Positions 9,116 to 18,997 of a DNA stretch of 64,000 bases are shown one piece after another. Every line of letters starts with the position of its first letter. Within the stretch, counting starts at the first letter, position 1. Both the position numbers and the translations under genes were made by a program. Below the pieces are notes generated by a model. That model saw only the letters and a list, made by a program, of their open reading frames with translations, was not told the DNA's origin and searched no databases. The stretch lies in contig JAICIN010000001.1 in assembly GCA_025924375.1 (NCBI GenBank), positions 5,895 through 69,894 of the forward strand, read 5' to 3'. The stretch is from Dermatophilaceae bacterium. GTDB taxonomy: Bacteria > Actinomycetota > Actinomycetes > Actinomycetales > Dermatophilaceae.

Positions 9116-10349
9116 CGGCAGCGAAGGGCGGGACCGGCCCACGTGCCGGCCCCTGGGCCTGGGCGCCGCCGGTCACGTCGCCACGCCTGCGGCGGTTGGG
9201 CAGGGCGAGGCGGAAGACCTTCTTCCACGCCGAGCCGACCTGGGTGAGCAGCGGGCCGGTGGTGTAGGGCAGGCCGTAGCGCTCGCAGATCTCGCGCACC
9301 TTCGGCGCCACCTCGGCATACCGGTTGGACGGCAGGTCGGGGAACAGATGGTGCTCGATCTGGTGGGACAGGTTGCCCGTCATGAGGTGCATGAGCGGGC
9401 TGCCGGAGATGTTGGCCGAGCCGATCATCTGGCGCACGTACCAGTCGCCACGGGTCTCCCCGTCGATGACGTCCTCGGTGAAGGTGTCGGCGCCGTCGGG
9501 GAAGTGGCCGCAGAAGATCACGGCGTGCGCCCAGACGTTGCGGATGGCGTTCGCGGTGAGGGTGCCGGCCAGGGCGGGCAGCGCCGAGCCGGTCAGCAGC
9601 GCCACGCCCGGTGTCGCGACGTAGTCCTTGGTGAACTGCCGGACGACCTTGCGCCCGACGGCCTTGAGGTCCTTGCGCAGCTCCGCCTTGGACTTCCGCC
9701 CCGCCTGGTACTCGTCGAGCTCGAGGTCGTAGACCGCGATGCCCCACTCGAACACCGGCGCGAGCAGTGCGTTGTAGAGCGGGTTGCCGAGGTTCCACGG
9801 CTTCCACGGCTGGTCCTCGCTCATGCGCAGGATGCTGTAGCCCACGTCGCGGTCCTTGCCCACGACGTTGGTCCACGTGTGGTGCAGGTCGTTGTGGGTG
9901 TGCTTCCACGCCGCGGCCGGCGTCACGAAGTCCCACTCCCAGGTCGTGGAGTGGATGTCGGGGTCCCGCATCCAGTCCCACTGGCCGTGGAGGACGTTGT
10001 GCCCGATCTCCATGTTCTCGAGGATCTTGGCGACCGAGAGCATGCCGGTGCCGAGCACCCACGCGGGCGGGAAGGCGCCGGCGAGGAGGGTCGCGCGGCC
10101 GCCGAGCTCCAGTGTCCGCTGCACCTTGATGACCCTGCGGATGTATGCCGCGTCGCCGGCTCCGCGGGAGGCGAGGACGTCGTCGCGGATCGCGTCGAGC
10201 TCGCGGCCGAGCTCGGCCACCTGCTCGTCGGTGAGGTGTGCCGCCGCCGTGGGCCGCTGCGCCGGGCTGCCCTGGGTTGCCAGGGTGCGCTTCCTCGTCG
10301 TGGTCGCCGTCGTGGGGGCCGTGGTCGGCCGGGTGGCTGTGGTGGTCAT
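9105..10349 (-). CDS. Membrane fatty acyl-CoA desaturase (DesA3/Rv3229c-like)
   Basis: Three histidine boxes are visible: HNVLHG, HTHNDLHH, HQIEHHLFP. Confidence 0.9.
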   Translation of the reverse strand: MTTTATRPTTAPTTATTTRKRTLATQGSPAQRPTAAAHLTDEQVAELGRELDAIRDDVLASRGAGDAAYIRRVIKVQRTLELGGRATLLAGAFPPAWVLGTGMLSVAKILENMEIGHNVLHGQWDWMRDPDIHSTTWEWDFVTPAAAWKHTHNDLHHTWTNVVGKDRDVGYSILRMSEDQPWKPWNLGNPLYNALLAPVFEWGIAVYDLELDEYQAGRKSKAELRKDLKAVGRKVVRQFTKDYVATPGVALLTGSALPALAGTLTANAIRNVWAHAVIFCGHFPDGADTFTEDVIDGETRGDWYVRQMIGSANISGSPLMHLMTGNLSHQIEHHLFPDLPSNRYAEVAPKVREICERYGLPYTTGPLLTQVGSAWKKVFRLALPNRRRRGDVTGGAQAQGPARGPVPPFAADVA

Positions 10350-10364
10350 CTCTGGTGGAGCTCC

Positions 10365-11492
10365 TCAGATGTCGAGATGGACGGGCCCCGCCGCAGCGGA
10401 GATACAGGTCTGGATGAGCTCGCCCTCGTCGCCGTGGACCTCACCGGTGCGAAGGTCCCGGACCCGGCCGGCGATGAGCGGGGTCACGCAGCTCATGCAG
10501 ATGCCCATGCGGCACCCGCTCGGCATGACGACGCCGGCCTCCTCGCCGGCCTCGAGCAGGCTGGTGTCGCCGTCGACCTCGAGCTCCTTGTCGGACTTCT
10601 CGAAGGAGACGAGGCCGCCGCTGCCGCCGGACCCGGGGAGGAGGGCCGGCGCGAAGCGCTCCACGGCGAGGCCGTCAGCGATGCCGGACCGCTGCCAGAA
10701 CTCGGTCGCTGCGTCGAGCATGGCTGCCGGGCCGCAGACGTAGGCCTTGCGGTCGCGCCAGTCAGGGCAGACCCCGTCGAGGTCGTGCGCGGAGGACAGG
10801 TCGAGGCGCCGGCCGCGCTCGCCGGTGAGCCAGTGGACGACCCGCAGGCCGGGGTGGCGGTCGGAGAGGTCGGCGAGCTCGTCGTGGAAGAGCGAGGTCT
10901 CGCGCGTGCGCGCCGAGTGGACGAGCACGACGTCGGCGTCGACGCGTCGGCCGGTCAGGGTGCGGACCATCGACATGACGGGCGTGAGGCCGCTGCCCGC
11001 GGTCAGCATGAGCAGGGGACGCGGGTGCTCCGGGAGGACGAAGTCGCCCTGTGGGGGTGCGAGGAAGAGCACGTCGCCCGGCTTGGCGTGGCGGACCAGC
11101 GCCTCGGAGACCTTGCCGCCCGTCGCGGTGACGGTGATCGCGGGGTCCTCACCGGCGGCGGTCGTGAGCGAGTAGGAGCGCCAGTGCCTGACGCCCTCGA
11201 TCTCCACGCCGACCCGGGCGTACTGCCCGGCGCGGTGGGCGGCCCAGCCGCGGCCGGGCCGGAAGCGGATGGTCGCCGAGCCGGCGGTCTCCGGGAGGAC
11301 GGCGGTGACGACACCGCGCAGCTGGCGGGTCGAGGAGAGGGGGTTGACGATCGCCAGGAAGTCCTCGGGCTCGAGGGGCGTCGTGATGAGGCTGGCGGCG
11401 CGGCGCCACACCGGGACGCCCGCGGAAGTGGACCGGCCTTGAGGGACGCCTCCCCGGTCACGGGAGCGCAGGGTCCTCGGCATGTATCCCAT
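10365..11492 (-). CDS. Ferredoxin reductase (FNR-like FAD/NAD domain plus C-terminal 2Fe-2S); desaturase partner, Rv3230c-like
   Basis: RSYSLT, an FAD-binding RxYS motif; GSGLTPVMSM, an NAD-binding motif; and C-terminal CRMGICMSC...C. It lies immediately upstream of the desaturase in the same operon. Confidence 0.85.
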   Translation of the reverse strand: MGYMPRTLRSRDRGGVPQGRSTSAGVPVWRRAASLITTPLEPEDFLAIVNPLSSTRQLRGVVTAVLPETAGSATIRFRPGRGWAAHRAGQYARVGVEIEGVRHWRSYSLTTAAGEDPAITVTATGGKVSEALVRHAKPGDVLFLAPPQGDFVLPEHPRPLLMLTAGSGLTPVMSMVRTLTGRRVDADVVLVHSARTRETSLFHDELADLSDRHPGLRVVHWLTGERGRRLDLSSAHDLDGVCPDWRDRKAYVCGPAAMLDAATEFWQRSGIADGLAVERFAPALLPGSGGSGGLVSFEKSDKELEVDGDTSLLEAGEEAGVVMPSGCRMGICMSCVTPLIAGRVRDLRTGEVHGDEGELIQTCISAAAGPVHLDI

Positions 11493-11582
11493 GATCCCTG
11501 CGCGCCCGTCGCGGCGCTCGTGCGCGGGCGTAGAGTTTGTCGCGGAAAACTATCCGGTTCGTACAAGGAAGTGTGGTGAAGG

Positions 11583-12770
11583 GTGGCTGAGCGCGCAGAG
11601 GACCCGCCCTGGTTGGCCCTCCCGGCTGAAATCACGGAGGTGCTGCGGCCCCACCTCGCGGACGTGGTCGACCAGATCATCGACACCATTCCCCGGGAGG
11701 TGCCCAGCTATGCCCGCCCCATCGAGGGCCGCTTCGGCGCGGGCCTGCGCCGGGGCACCCAGGTCGCGCTCGACCGCTTCCTGAACCTGCCCGGCACGCG
11801 CAGCAGCGCCCTGGGGCCGGAGAGCCGTCAGGTCTACATCGCGCTCGGCGCGGGCGAGGTCCGCCAGGGCCGCAGCCTGGAGTCGCTGCTCGCGGCCTAC
11901 CGCTCCGGTGCTCGCGTCACCTTCCGGCACCTCTCCCGGGTGGCAGAGGCCGGCGGGATGCCGACCTCGGTCCTCATCCCCCTCGGGGAGTCGATCTTCG
12001 CCTACATCGAGGAGCTCTCGGCGGCCAGCGTCGAGGGCTACTCGCTCGAGCAGTCGGAGCGCGTCGGCGAGCTGGGCCGACGCCGCGACGAGCTGGCCGA
12101 GCTGCTCGTCCGCGGTCGCGCGGACGAGACCGCGCTGCGGCAGGCGGCGGCCGCGGCGGCCTGGTCGCTCCCGGAGCGGCTCGTGGCGGTCTCCGTGCCG
12201 CTCGAGCGGTCCGACGGGCTCCGCCTCGCCCTCGGCAACAGCGCGCTGGCGCTGGCGCGGCCCACCGACGTGGTGGCGCTCGCCCCGGCGCCCACGACCG
12301 GCAGCGCACGACACGGGCTCGACCGGGCGCTGCGCGGCCGCGCCGCCGTCGTCGGACCGACCCGTGGCTGGCAGCGGCTGCCGGAGTCCCTGCGGCTCGC
12401 GCTGACCGCCCGCTCCATGCTGGCGTCCGGCCGGCTCCAGGTGCCCGTCGATGGCGGCGTCCTCTGGGTGGCCGACCACCTCGTCGAGCTGGCGGTGCAC
12501 ACGGAGCCGGGCCTCCTCGAGGACCTGGCCACGACGCGCCTGCGCCCCCTCGCCGACCTCCGTGCGGGCCAGCGGCGCCGGCTCGTCGAGACGCTCGCGG
12601 CCTGGTTGCGCCACCGGGGCCGGCGCCAGGACGTCGCCGAGGAGCTGGGGGTCCACCCGCAGACGGTGGCCTACCGGGTCGCCCAGCTGCGCGACCTGTT
12701 CGGCGAGGACCTCGAGGACCCCGACGTCCGGTTCGAGCTCGAGCTCCTGCTCCGCGCGGGCCACGGCTGA
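11583..12770 (+). CDS. PucR-family transcriptional regulator
   Basis: The C-terminal HTH reads RRQDVAEELGVHPQTVAYRVAQLRDLFGEDL. The gene is divergent from the desaturase operon. Confidence 0.8.
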   Translation: MAERAEDPPWLALPAEITEVLRPHLADVVDQIIDTIPREVPSYARPIEGRFGAGLRRGTQVALDRFLNLPGTRSSALGPESRQVYIALGAGEVRQGRSLESLLAAYRSGARVTFRHLSRVAEAGGMPTSVLIPLGESIFAYIEELSAASVEGYSLEQSERVGELGRRRDELAELLVRGRADETALRQAAAAAAWSLPERLVAVSVPLERSDGLRLALGNSALALARPTDVVALAPAPTTGSARHGLDRALRGRAAVVGPTRGWQRLPESLRLALTARSMLASGRLQVPVDGGVLWVADHLVELAVHTEPGLLEDLATTRLRPLADLRAGQRRRLVETLAAWLRHRGRRQDVAEELGVHPQTVAYRVAQLRDLFGEDLEDPDVRFELELLLRAGHG

Positions 12771-12772
12771 CG

Positions 12773-13399
12773 GTGACGGGTCGCCTCCGGCGGGCGGCGC
12801 CGCTGTCGCTGGCACCCGGCATACTCACGGGTGTGAGCGAGCAGAGCGAGTCCCCGGCACCCGCCCAGCCGCCTCCCGAGGCGGTGGCACCTGCGGAGGC
12901 CGGCGAGCGGCAGCCGGGGGCGGTCGCGCGCGCACGAGCCGACATCGCCGCGGGCCGGGAGTGGAAGGCACGCGACCGGCTGCTGGGCTACGTCGCCGAC
13001 AGGGCCGACCCGGAGGGGCTCGAGCTCCTCGGCGAGGTGGAGTACTCGATGCGCGACCTGCCGGCCGCCGGGGCCGCGTGGTTCGGGACCTCCCGCCGCG
13101 GCGCGGACGTCGACGAGGCGGTCGAGGCCTGGCGCGAGCGGCACGCCGACCAGTTCGACCACATGTGGCGCAGCCTCCCGCGTTCGGTGCGCGACAACCC
13201 GGGCAACGCGCGCGTCGAGGCGCTGCGGCGGCGGGCCGAGCAGCTGCGCCCAGCGGTCCCGAGCGCGCGGCCGGCCGCGCCCGCCTCGGGTGGCGGAGTC
13301 GACGCGGCCGTCGTGATCACCGTGGCGCTCGCGATCCTGTTCGTCGTCTGCGCCGTCGTCGGCGCGGTGACCGTGCTCCGGTGGCTGCTGCCGGGCTGA
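12773..13399 (+). CDS. Hypothetical protein with a C-terminal transmembrane anchor
   Basis: 208-aa ORF with good GC3 and a C-terminal AAVVITVALAILFVVCAVVGAVTVL. The start is uncertain; an internal GTG near 12833 is possible. Confidence 0.5.
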   Translation: MTGRLRRAAPLSLAPGILTGVSEQSESPAPAQPPPEAVAPAEAGERQPGAVARARADIAAGREWKARDRLLGYVADRADPEGLELLGEVEYSMRDLPAAGAAWFGTSRRGADVDEAVEAWRERHADQFDHMWRSLPRSVRDNPGNARVEALRRRAEQLRPAVPSARPAAPASGGGVDAAVVITVALAILFVVCAVVGAVTVLRWLLPG

Positions 13400-13432
13400 C
13401 CCCCGGGCCTGCCCGCGCTGACCGCTGGGACG

Positions 13433-14569
13433 TCAGGCGACCCAGTGACGGGTCGCGACGGCATACGTCGCCAACGCCAGCAGGCACACCGATGCAGTGA
13501 CCATGGCGCGGAAGGCGGCCCGGCCCCTCGGGCCGCCGCCGACGGTGCCGAGCGTCGTCCAGACCGGGAACCACGTCAGGACGTAGCGCGGGGCAGAGAC
13601 CCACAGCGTCGAGCACACGATCACGGCCAGGGAGAGCCCGAGGTAGGTCGCCTCCGGCCAGCGTCGCCGCCGCAGCAGCACTGCGAGGACGGCGACGGCC
13701 AGTGCCACGGTGGCGATGTCACCGAGCCGCGAGCCGACCAGGTAGGGGTTCGTCGTCGAGGTGACCGCTGACCAAGCGTGCTCGGCCCCGACCCACGGCC
13801 ACGCCGTGGAACGGCGCCACCCCGTCTGCTCGGCGTCGTGCCAGGCGGTCCAGGAGCCGGTGCGTGCGTGGAGGTAGGTCACGAACGCGACGACGGGCAG
13901 GGCGGGCAGTGCCAGCGCCACGACGTCACCCCGGGGGCGTCGGCCGTCCGAGCGGAGCTGGAGCACGTACATGACCGCGAGCCCCGCCACGAGGAACAGG
14001 CCGTTGACCCGCACGGCCGTCGCCGCGGCCGCCAGCAGGCCGGCCAGCCACCAGTGCCGCCTCGTCGCCGCCAGCCAGGCGCCGAGGGCCAGGGCCAGGA
14101 ACGTCGCCTCGGAGTAGACGGCCACGAGGAAGAAGCCGCACGGCGCGAGGGCGAGCAGCGTCACGGCACGCCGCGCCGTCGTGGCGCCCCCGCCCGGCTC
14201 GGCGAGGGCCACGTGCCACAACAGGACGGCTGCAGCGGCGCCGGCGACGAGGGTGACGAGGATGCCGGCGGCCACCGCGCTGCCCCCGACGAGTGGGCCG
14301 GCTGCCCGGACGAGCGCCGGGTAGCCAGGGAAGAAGGCCTGGTCGCAGCAGGGCAACCCGGGCGGCAGGTACCCCCGGTCCGCGATGCGGAGGAAGTGGT
14401 AGCTGTCCCAGTAGGCGAAGCGGTCGAGGAACCAAGTGCCCGAGGCGAGGGGGTGCCGCTCCGGGCCGATGCCGGCCACTGCCGCGACCAGCACCACCGC
14501 GGCCATCAGGGCGAACCGGGAGGCGAGCCAGGCGGCGGCCACGCGGGCGGCGATCCCGGCACTGCTCAT
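13433..14569 (-). CDS. Polytopic membrane glycosyl/mannosyltransferase (PIG-V-like family)
   Basis: Track ORF 13433-15325 trimmed to ATG at 14569 (MSSAGIAARVAAAWL...). It has the FAYWDSYHFLRIADRGY motif and many TM helices. The upstream extension overlaps two other real genes. Confidence 0.7.
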   Translation of the reverse strand: MSSAGIAARVAAAWLASRFALMAAVVLVAAVAGIGPERHPLASGTWFLDRFAYWDSYHFLRIADRGYLPPGLPCCDQAFFPGYPALVRAAGPLVGGSAVAAGILVTLVAGAAAAVLLWHVALAEPGGGATTARRAVTLLALAPCGFFLVAVYSEATFLALALGAWLAATRRHWWLAGLLAAAATAVRVNGLFLVAGLAVMYVLQLRSDGRRPRGDVVALALPALPVVAFVTYLHARTGSWTAWHDAEQTGWRRSTAWPWVGAEHAWSAVTSTTNPYLVGSRLGDIATVALAVAVLAVLLRRRRWPEATYLGLSLAVIVCSTLWVSAPRYVLTWFPVWTTLGTVGGGPRGRAAFRAMVTASVCLLALATYAVATRHWVA

Positions 14570-14749
14570 GCGGTCGAGGACCGTGGCACTCCTCCCGCGG
14601 TCGGGCACGGTGCCCCCTTCCGGTGGGTGCGGCGTTCGCGAGCGTACTCGGGAGAAGTCAGGCCGCGGCGGCGACGCCGACACATACCGTCTGCTGCGGG
14701 CCCCGGGCGGATCTCGGGGCCCACGGCGTGGCGCGTCTGAAGATGCGGG

Positions 14750-14983
14750 ATGATGAGGGCGATGAAAACTCCCTCCGCCGCCCCCCGCCGCCGACTCCTG
14801 ACAAGCCCCTTCGCCGACCGAGCCGAGCCGGCGGTGCCGTCCCTGGCGGTTGCCGACCGCGTGACGCATGACAAGTTCGGCCTGGGCGAGGTGAAGGCCG
14901 TCGGCGACGGCTACGTCATCGTCGGCTTCGGCTCGGCCCGCGTGCGCGTCGCGAGCCCGTTCTCCAGGCTGACGACGCTCTGA
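14750..14983 (+). CDS. Small hypothetical protein (UvrD-C-terminal/DUF3553-like GDRVxHxxFGxGxV motif)
   Basis: 77 aa containing ADRVTHDKFGLGEVKAV. GC3 is high in the second half. Confidence 0.5.
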   Translation: MMRAMKTPSAAPRRRLLTSPFADRAEPAVPSLAVADRVTHDKFGLGEVKAVGDGYVIVGFGSARVRVASPFSRLTTL

Positions 14984-14993
14984 GCCAGCCCGG

Positions 14994-15590
14994 TCAGCGT
15001 CGGACCGGGTAGCGCAGGTGCAGCACCCGGTCGCCCTGCAGCACCACGTCCGGGTCCTCGAGCAGGTGCCGACCGTCGACGTGGCCGAAGTACCGCTTCC
15101 CCGAGCCGAACACGACGGGGACGACGTCCATCGCCACGACGTCGACCAGGCCCAGCGCGAGGGCCTGGCCCGCGACGTCGCCGGCGGAGAGTGCCACCAC
15201 TCCGCTGCCGGCGAGCCGCCGGGCGACCCCGATCGCCTCCGTGACGTCGTCCACGAAGGGCACCTCGGCCTCGGGGTGCCAGCCGTCGGGCCGGGGCCGG
15301 TGCGAGACGACGACCAGGTGCTCACAGGCGGGGGGCTTGGCCTCCCAGCCGTTGGTGAGGTCGAACAGGTGCCGCCCCACGACCGCGCAGGTGATGCTGT
15401 CCCAGAACGGCTTGACGTAGCCGTAGGAACGGTCGCTGACCGACATCCTGGGGTGGACGGACTCCTCGGCCTCCTCCAGCAGCGGCCGGTCTCCGTTGAA
15501 GTACCAGTCGAACAGCGGCCCGACGTCGTCGTCGCCGCCGGCGATGAAGCCGTCGACGGAGACCACGGCGTGCATCACGACGGTGCTCAT
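14994..15590 (-). CDS. Dihydrofolate reductase family protein (RibD C-terminal domain)
   Basis: MSTVVMHAVVSVDGFIAGGDDDVGPLFDWY...VVFGSGKRYF. Confidence 0.8.
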   Translation of the reverse strand: MSTVVMHAVVSVDGFIAGGDDDVGPLFDWYFNGDRPLLEEAEESVHPRMSVSDRSYGYVKPFWDSITCAVVGRHLFDLTNGWEAKPPACEHLVVVSHRPRPDGWHPEAEVPFVDDVTEAIGVARRLAGSGVVALSAGDVAGQALALGLVDVVAMDVVPVVFGSGKRYFGHVDGRHLLEDPDVVLQGDRVLHLRYPVRR

Positions 15591-15672
15591 GGGTGCCCTC
15601 CCGCTGTTGCCCGCGACGCTGTCGGCGCTTCCAGGAGACCGCTCGCGCAGGCGCTGACCGGCGTGAGCAGCG

Positions 15673-15743
15673 AGCCGGTGACGGGAATCGAACCCGCGTA
15701 TCCAGCTTGGGAAGCTGGCGCTCTACCATTGAGCTACACCGGC
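15673..15743 (-). tRNA. tRNA-Gly (anticodon CCC)
   Basis: The reverse complement folds as a cloverleaf. Acceptor stem GCCGGTG/CACCGGC; D-loop TAGCTCAATGGTAGAGC; anticodon stem CCAGC/GCTGG with loop TTCCCAA; T-arm GCGGGTTCGATTCCCGT. CCA is not encoded. Confidence 0.9.
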
Positions 15744-15835
15744 GGACACCGCCTCGGCGGCGGTGCGGCAGGAGTCTAACGGACGCCCCGCGCGGCCCGG
15801 ACCACGCGGCATACCGGTGGGGTTAGTCTCTCCCC

Positions 15836-16411
15836 GTGCTGCTGAGCGACCGGGACATCAAGGCCGAGATCGAGGCGGGCCGCGTCAGCCTGGACCCCTG
15901 GGAGCCGGCCATGGTGCAGCCGTCCAGCGTCGACGTGCGGCTCGACCGCTACTTCCGGCTCTTCGACAACCACAAGTACCCGGTCATCGACCCCGCGGAG
16001 GAGCAGCCGGACCTCACCCGCCTGGTCGAGGTCGACCGGGGCGAGCCGCTCATCCTCCACCCGGGCGAGTTCGTGCTCGGCTCCATCTACGAGACGGTGA
16101 CCCTGCCCGACGACGTCGCCGCGCGCGTCGAGGGCAAGTCCAGCCTCGGGCGCCTGGGCCTGCTGACGCACGCGACGGCGGGGTTCGTCGACCCGGGCTT
16201 CTCGGGCCACGTGACCCTCGAGCTGAGCAACGTCGCGACCCTTCCCATCAAGCTGTGGCCCGGCATGAAGATCGGCCAGCTCTGCTTCTTCCGCCTCTCG
16301 AGCCCGGTCGAGAACCCTTACGGCAGTGACAAGTACGGCTCCCACTACCAGGGCCAGCGCGGTCCGACGGCGAGCCGCTCGTTCAAGAACTTCCACACCA
16401 CGGAGGTGTGA
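15836..16411 (+). CDS. dcd: dCTP deaminase (actinobacterial dCTP deaminase/dUTPase type)
   Basis: [35 protein letters not shown]...[17 protein letters not shown]. Confidence 0.95.
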   Translation: MLLSDRDIKAEIEAGRVSLDPWEPAMVQPSSVDVRLDRYFRLFDNHKYPVIDPAEEQPDLTRLVEVDRGEPLILHPGEFVLGSIYETVTLPDDVAARVEGKSSLGRLGLLTHATAGFVDPGFSGHVTLELSNVATLPIKLWPGMKIGQLCFFRLSSPVENPYGSDKYGSHYQGQRGPTASRSFKNFHTTEV

Positions 16412-16417
16412 GCTCCG

Positions 16418-16744
16418 ATGGGTGAGGACCTCCTCGAGGTGCGGATCGCCGCCCCCGACAAGGCAAGCGGGGACGCCCTGGCGAGGCTCCTCGTGACCGA
16501 GCGCCTCGCCGCGTGCTGCCAGGTCCTCGGCCCCATGACGTCGGTGTACCGGTGGGAGGACGAGGTCCGGACCGCCGAGGAGCACCTGCTGCTCGCCAAG
16601 ACGACCGCCCGGCTGTTCGCCGCGCTCGAGGAGCGCGTGCGGGCCGAGCACCCCTACGACATGCCCGAGATCCTTGCCGTCCCGGCGGTCGGCGTCAGCG
16701 AGCCGTATGCCGCGTGGCTCGCCGGCGCCGTGCGCGGCGCCTGA
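16418..16744 (+). CDS. cutA: Divalent-cation tolerance protein CutA
   Basis: LAACCQVLGPMTSVYRWEDEV...EHPYDMPEILAVP. Confidence 0.85.
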   Translation: MGEDLLEVRIAAPDKASGDALARLLVTERLAACCQVLGPMTSVYRWEDEVRTAEEHLLLAKTTARLFAALEERVRAEHPYDMPEILAVPAVGVSEPYAAWLAGAVRGA

Positions 16745-16756
16745 TCGGGCACCGGC

Positions 16757-17380
16757 ATGACGGCCGCGACACTTCGCTGGACCACGCAGCCCGACGAGCC
16801 GCGGGGTGTCGTCCTCGTCCTCCACGGTGGCCGGGAGCGCAGCCACCGGTCCGTGCCACCGTGGTCGCCCGCGCTGCTGCGGATGCTGCCGTTCGCGTCC
16901 GCCGTCGCCGCCGCGCCGCCCGGCGGCCTCGCGGTGGTCATGCTGCGCTACGCGCACCGCGGCTGGAACGGCGTCGACGCGAGCCCGGTCCGCGACGCCA
17001 GGCGCGCACTCGAGCAGGTCGAGGTGCGCCACCCGGGCGTGCCGGTCGGGCTCCTGGGCCACTCCATGGGCGGCCGGGTCGCCCTCCACCTCGGCGACGA
17101 CCCCCGCGTCACGGCGCTCGTGGCACTCGCTCCGTGGGTGACACCGGCCGACAGGCCCGTCTCCCACGACGGCCTGCAGGCCCTCTTCATGCACGGCACC
17201 CGCGACCGCGTGACGTCTCTCGCCGCCAGTCGGCGGATGGCCCGGGCGATGGCCGAGCTCGGGGCCGACGTCACCTACGAGGCCGTCGAGGGTGAGGGCC
17301 ATGCGATGCTGCGCCGGCCGAGGCTGTGGCACCGCCGGGCCGCCGAGTACCTCGCCCATCGCCTCGTGCCCGACCGGTGA
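16757..17380 (+). CDS. Alpha/beta hydrolase
   Basis: VVLVLHGG, plus the nucleophile elbow GHSMGG. Confidence 0.75.
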   Translation: MTAATLRWTTQPDEPRGVVLVLHGGRERSHRSVPPWSPALLRMLPFASAVAAAPPGGLAVVMLRYAHRGWNGVDASPVRDARRALEQVEVRHPGVPVGLLGHSMGGRVALHLGDDPRVTALVALAPWVTPADRPVSHDGLQALFMHGTRDRVTSLAASRRMARAMAELGADVTYEAVEGEGHAMLRRPRLWHRRAAEYLAHRLVPDR

Positions 17381-17411
17381 CGGCGCGGCGGCTTCCCGAC
17401 TCGGGCAGCGG

Positions 17412-18848
17412 TCAGGCGAGGTCCTCGAGCAGCTGCTCGGCGAGCTCGAGGTCTCCCGAGAGGTCGCGCTGCCCGAGGTCGGCCGGCAGCGCCTGCACGG
17501 CGTTGAAGGCGTCGCCGAGCCGGCCGGTCGGCAGCCGGTCCGCGAGCCGCAGGGCACGCACCGCACAGAACAGCTCCGCCGCGAGCATGCGCCGGTAGGC
17601 CGCCACGGCGGCACCCAGCCGCACCACCGCCTCCCCGGCGAAGGTCGCGTCGTCCTCGACCCCCGCCGACAACGAGACCGTCTGCACGCTCGAGGGAGCC
17701 GCGGCGGACCCCCGGACCACCGAGAGGGCTGACGCCGCAACGTACTCCGCGACGAGGGCACCGGTCGACCCGCTGTCGGCGAGGAAGCGTGGCAGCCCGT
17801 TGTCGGGGTCGGTCAGGAGGTGGCTGACCCGCGACTGCACGGCGTGCGCAGCACGCGCGAGGGCGAGGAGGGTCGTGTCGAGGGCCAGCACGAGGTATGC
17901 CGTGTGGAACCCCCCGTGGTGCGTCACCACCGCACCGTCCCTGGCGGGGGTGAAGAGGGGGTTCTCGCTGGCCGTGTTGATGCTGCGCCGGGTCGTCCCC
18001 GCGAGCACCTCCAGCGCGTGCAGCAGGGGCCCGTGCACCTGGGGCCAGGTGCGCAGGCCGAAGAAGTCCTGGACGTGGCGGGGCCGCAGGTACTGGCCCG
18101 AGAGCAGCTCGCGCACGGCCGCCGCCGACTCCGCCACGCCGGGGTGCGGAGAGGCGGCGGCCGCGATCGCGCTCACCGGGGACGGGTCGCCCTGGAGCGC
18201 CAGCCAGCTCAGCGCGGACACCGTGGTCGCCGCCCGGGCGAGGCGCTCGAGGGCGAGGGTGTGCAGCGCCGACTCGGCGAGCACGAACGCGCTCGACGAC
18301 ATCAGCGGCAGCGCGTCCTCACCACTGATCCGCAGGCGCCGGCGCCTGTCGCCGCCGGCGCGCTGCCGCTCCCCGAGCAGGGCCAGGCCGACCTCGGCGA
18401 GAGCGGTGAGGTCTCCCGTGCCGAGGGACCCGCGCCGGTGGACCACGGGGAGGTCGGCCGCCGGCGCGCAGGCCAGCTCGGCCAGCGCGGTGACGAGCTC
18501 CGGTGAGGCGCCCGAACCTCCCGCGAGAAGCTGGTTCGAGCGCACGGCGAGCGCCGCCCGCACCACCGGCTCGGGGAGCAGCTCGCCCCAGCCGCCGGCG
18601 TGCGCCCGCAGCAGGAGCGGCCCGAGGTCCGCCGAGGTGTCCGGGGGCCGGTCCCGCGCGGCCCCGACGCCCGTCGTGCGGCCGTAGACCCGCGTGCCGG
18701 CAGTGGCCTCCCGCGCACGCCAGTGCACCTCCGCCACGCGCTCCAGAGCCGGTTCCGCGACCGTGACGGGCCGGCCGGCCGCGACGCCCGCGAGGTCGCC
18801 GAGCTCCAGGCTCTCCCCGTCGAGGACGAGGACTTCGGCGGTGCTCAC
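17412..18848 (-). CDS. Aromatic amino acid ammonia-lyase family protein (HAL/PAL-like) with a non-canonical MIO triad
   Basis: Track ORF trimmed to GTG (VSTAEVLVLDG...). It has YGRTTGVG, SNQLLAGGSG and GSLGTGDLTALAE where the family normally has G-ASG-DL. Confidence 0.75.
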   Translation of the reverse strand: MSTAEVLVLDGESLELGDLAGVAAGRPVTVAEPALERVAEVHWRAREATAGTRVYGRTTGVGAARDRPPDTSADLGPLLLRAHAGGWGELLPEPVVRAALAVRSNQLLAGGSGASPELVTALAELACAPAADLPVVHRRGSLGTGDLTALAEVGLALLGERQRAGGDRRRRLRISGEDALPLMSSSAFVLAESALHTLALERLARAATTVSALSWLALQGDPSPVSAIAAAASPHPGVAESAAAVRELLSGQYLRPRHVQDFFGLRTWPQVHGPLLHALEVLAGTTRRSINTASENPLFTPARDGAVVTHHGGFHTAYLVLALDTTLLALARAAHAVQSRVSHLLTDPDNGLPRFLADSGSTGALVAEYVAASALSVVRGSAAAPSSVQTVSLSAGVEDDATFAGEAVVRLGAAVAAYRRMLAAELFCAVRALRLADRLPTGRLGDAFNAVQALPADLGQRDLSGDLELAEQLLEDLA

Positions 18849-18997
18849 GCCGGGCAGTATCCCGCCGGGGGGCCCACGCCCGCTCCGGCGCGCGCTACCG
18901 GCGGCGTCTCGACCTCCCTGACGCCGTGACACCCGGGGCAACCGGGTGCCTTCGCGGTCGGAGCGGGTGTCAGTGTCAGGGTCTAGGTTTGGGCACC

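Noticed and set aside
9105-12770. The desaturase, ferredoxin reductase and divergent PucR regulator as a novel system.
   Set aside because: This matches the well-known DesA3/Rv3230c-type desaturase-oxidoreductase pair of actinobacteria. It is ordinary lipid metabolism.
14570-15325. N-terminal 250-aa extension of track ORF 13433-15325.
   Set aside because: The extension has low-complexity Arg/Pro composition. It overlaps the small CDS at 14750-14983 and the DHFR-family gene. The membrane glycosyltransferase begins convincingly at MSSAGIA (14569).
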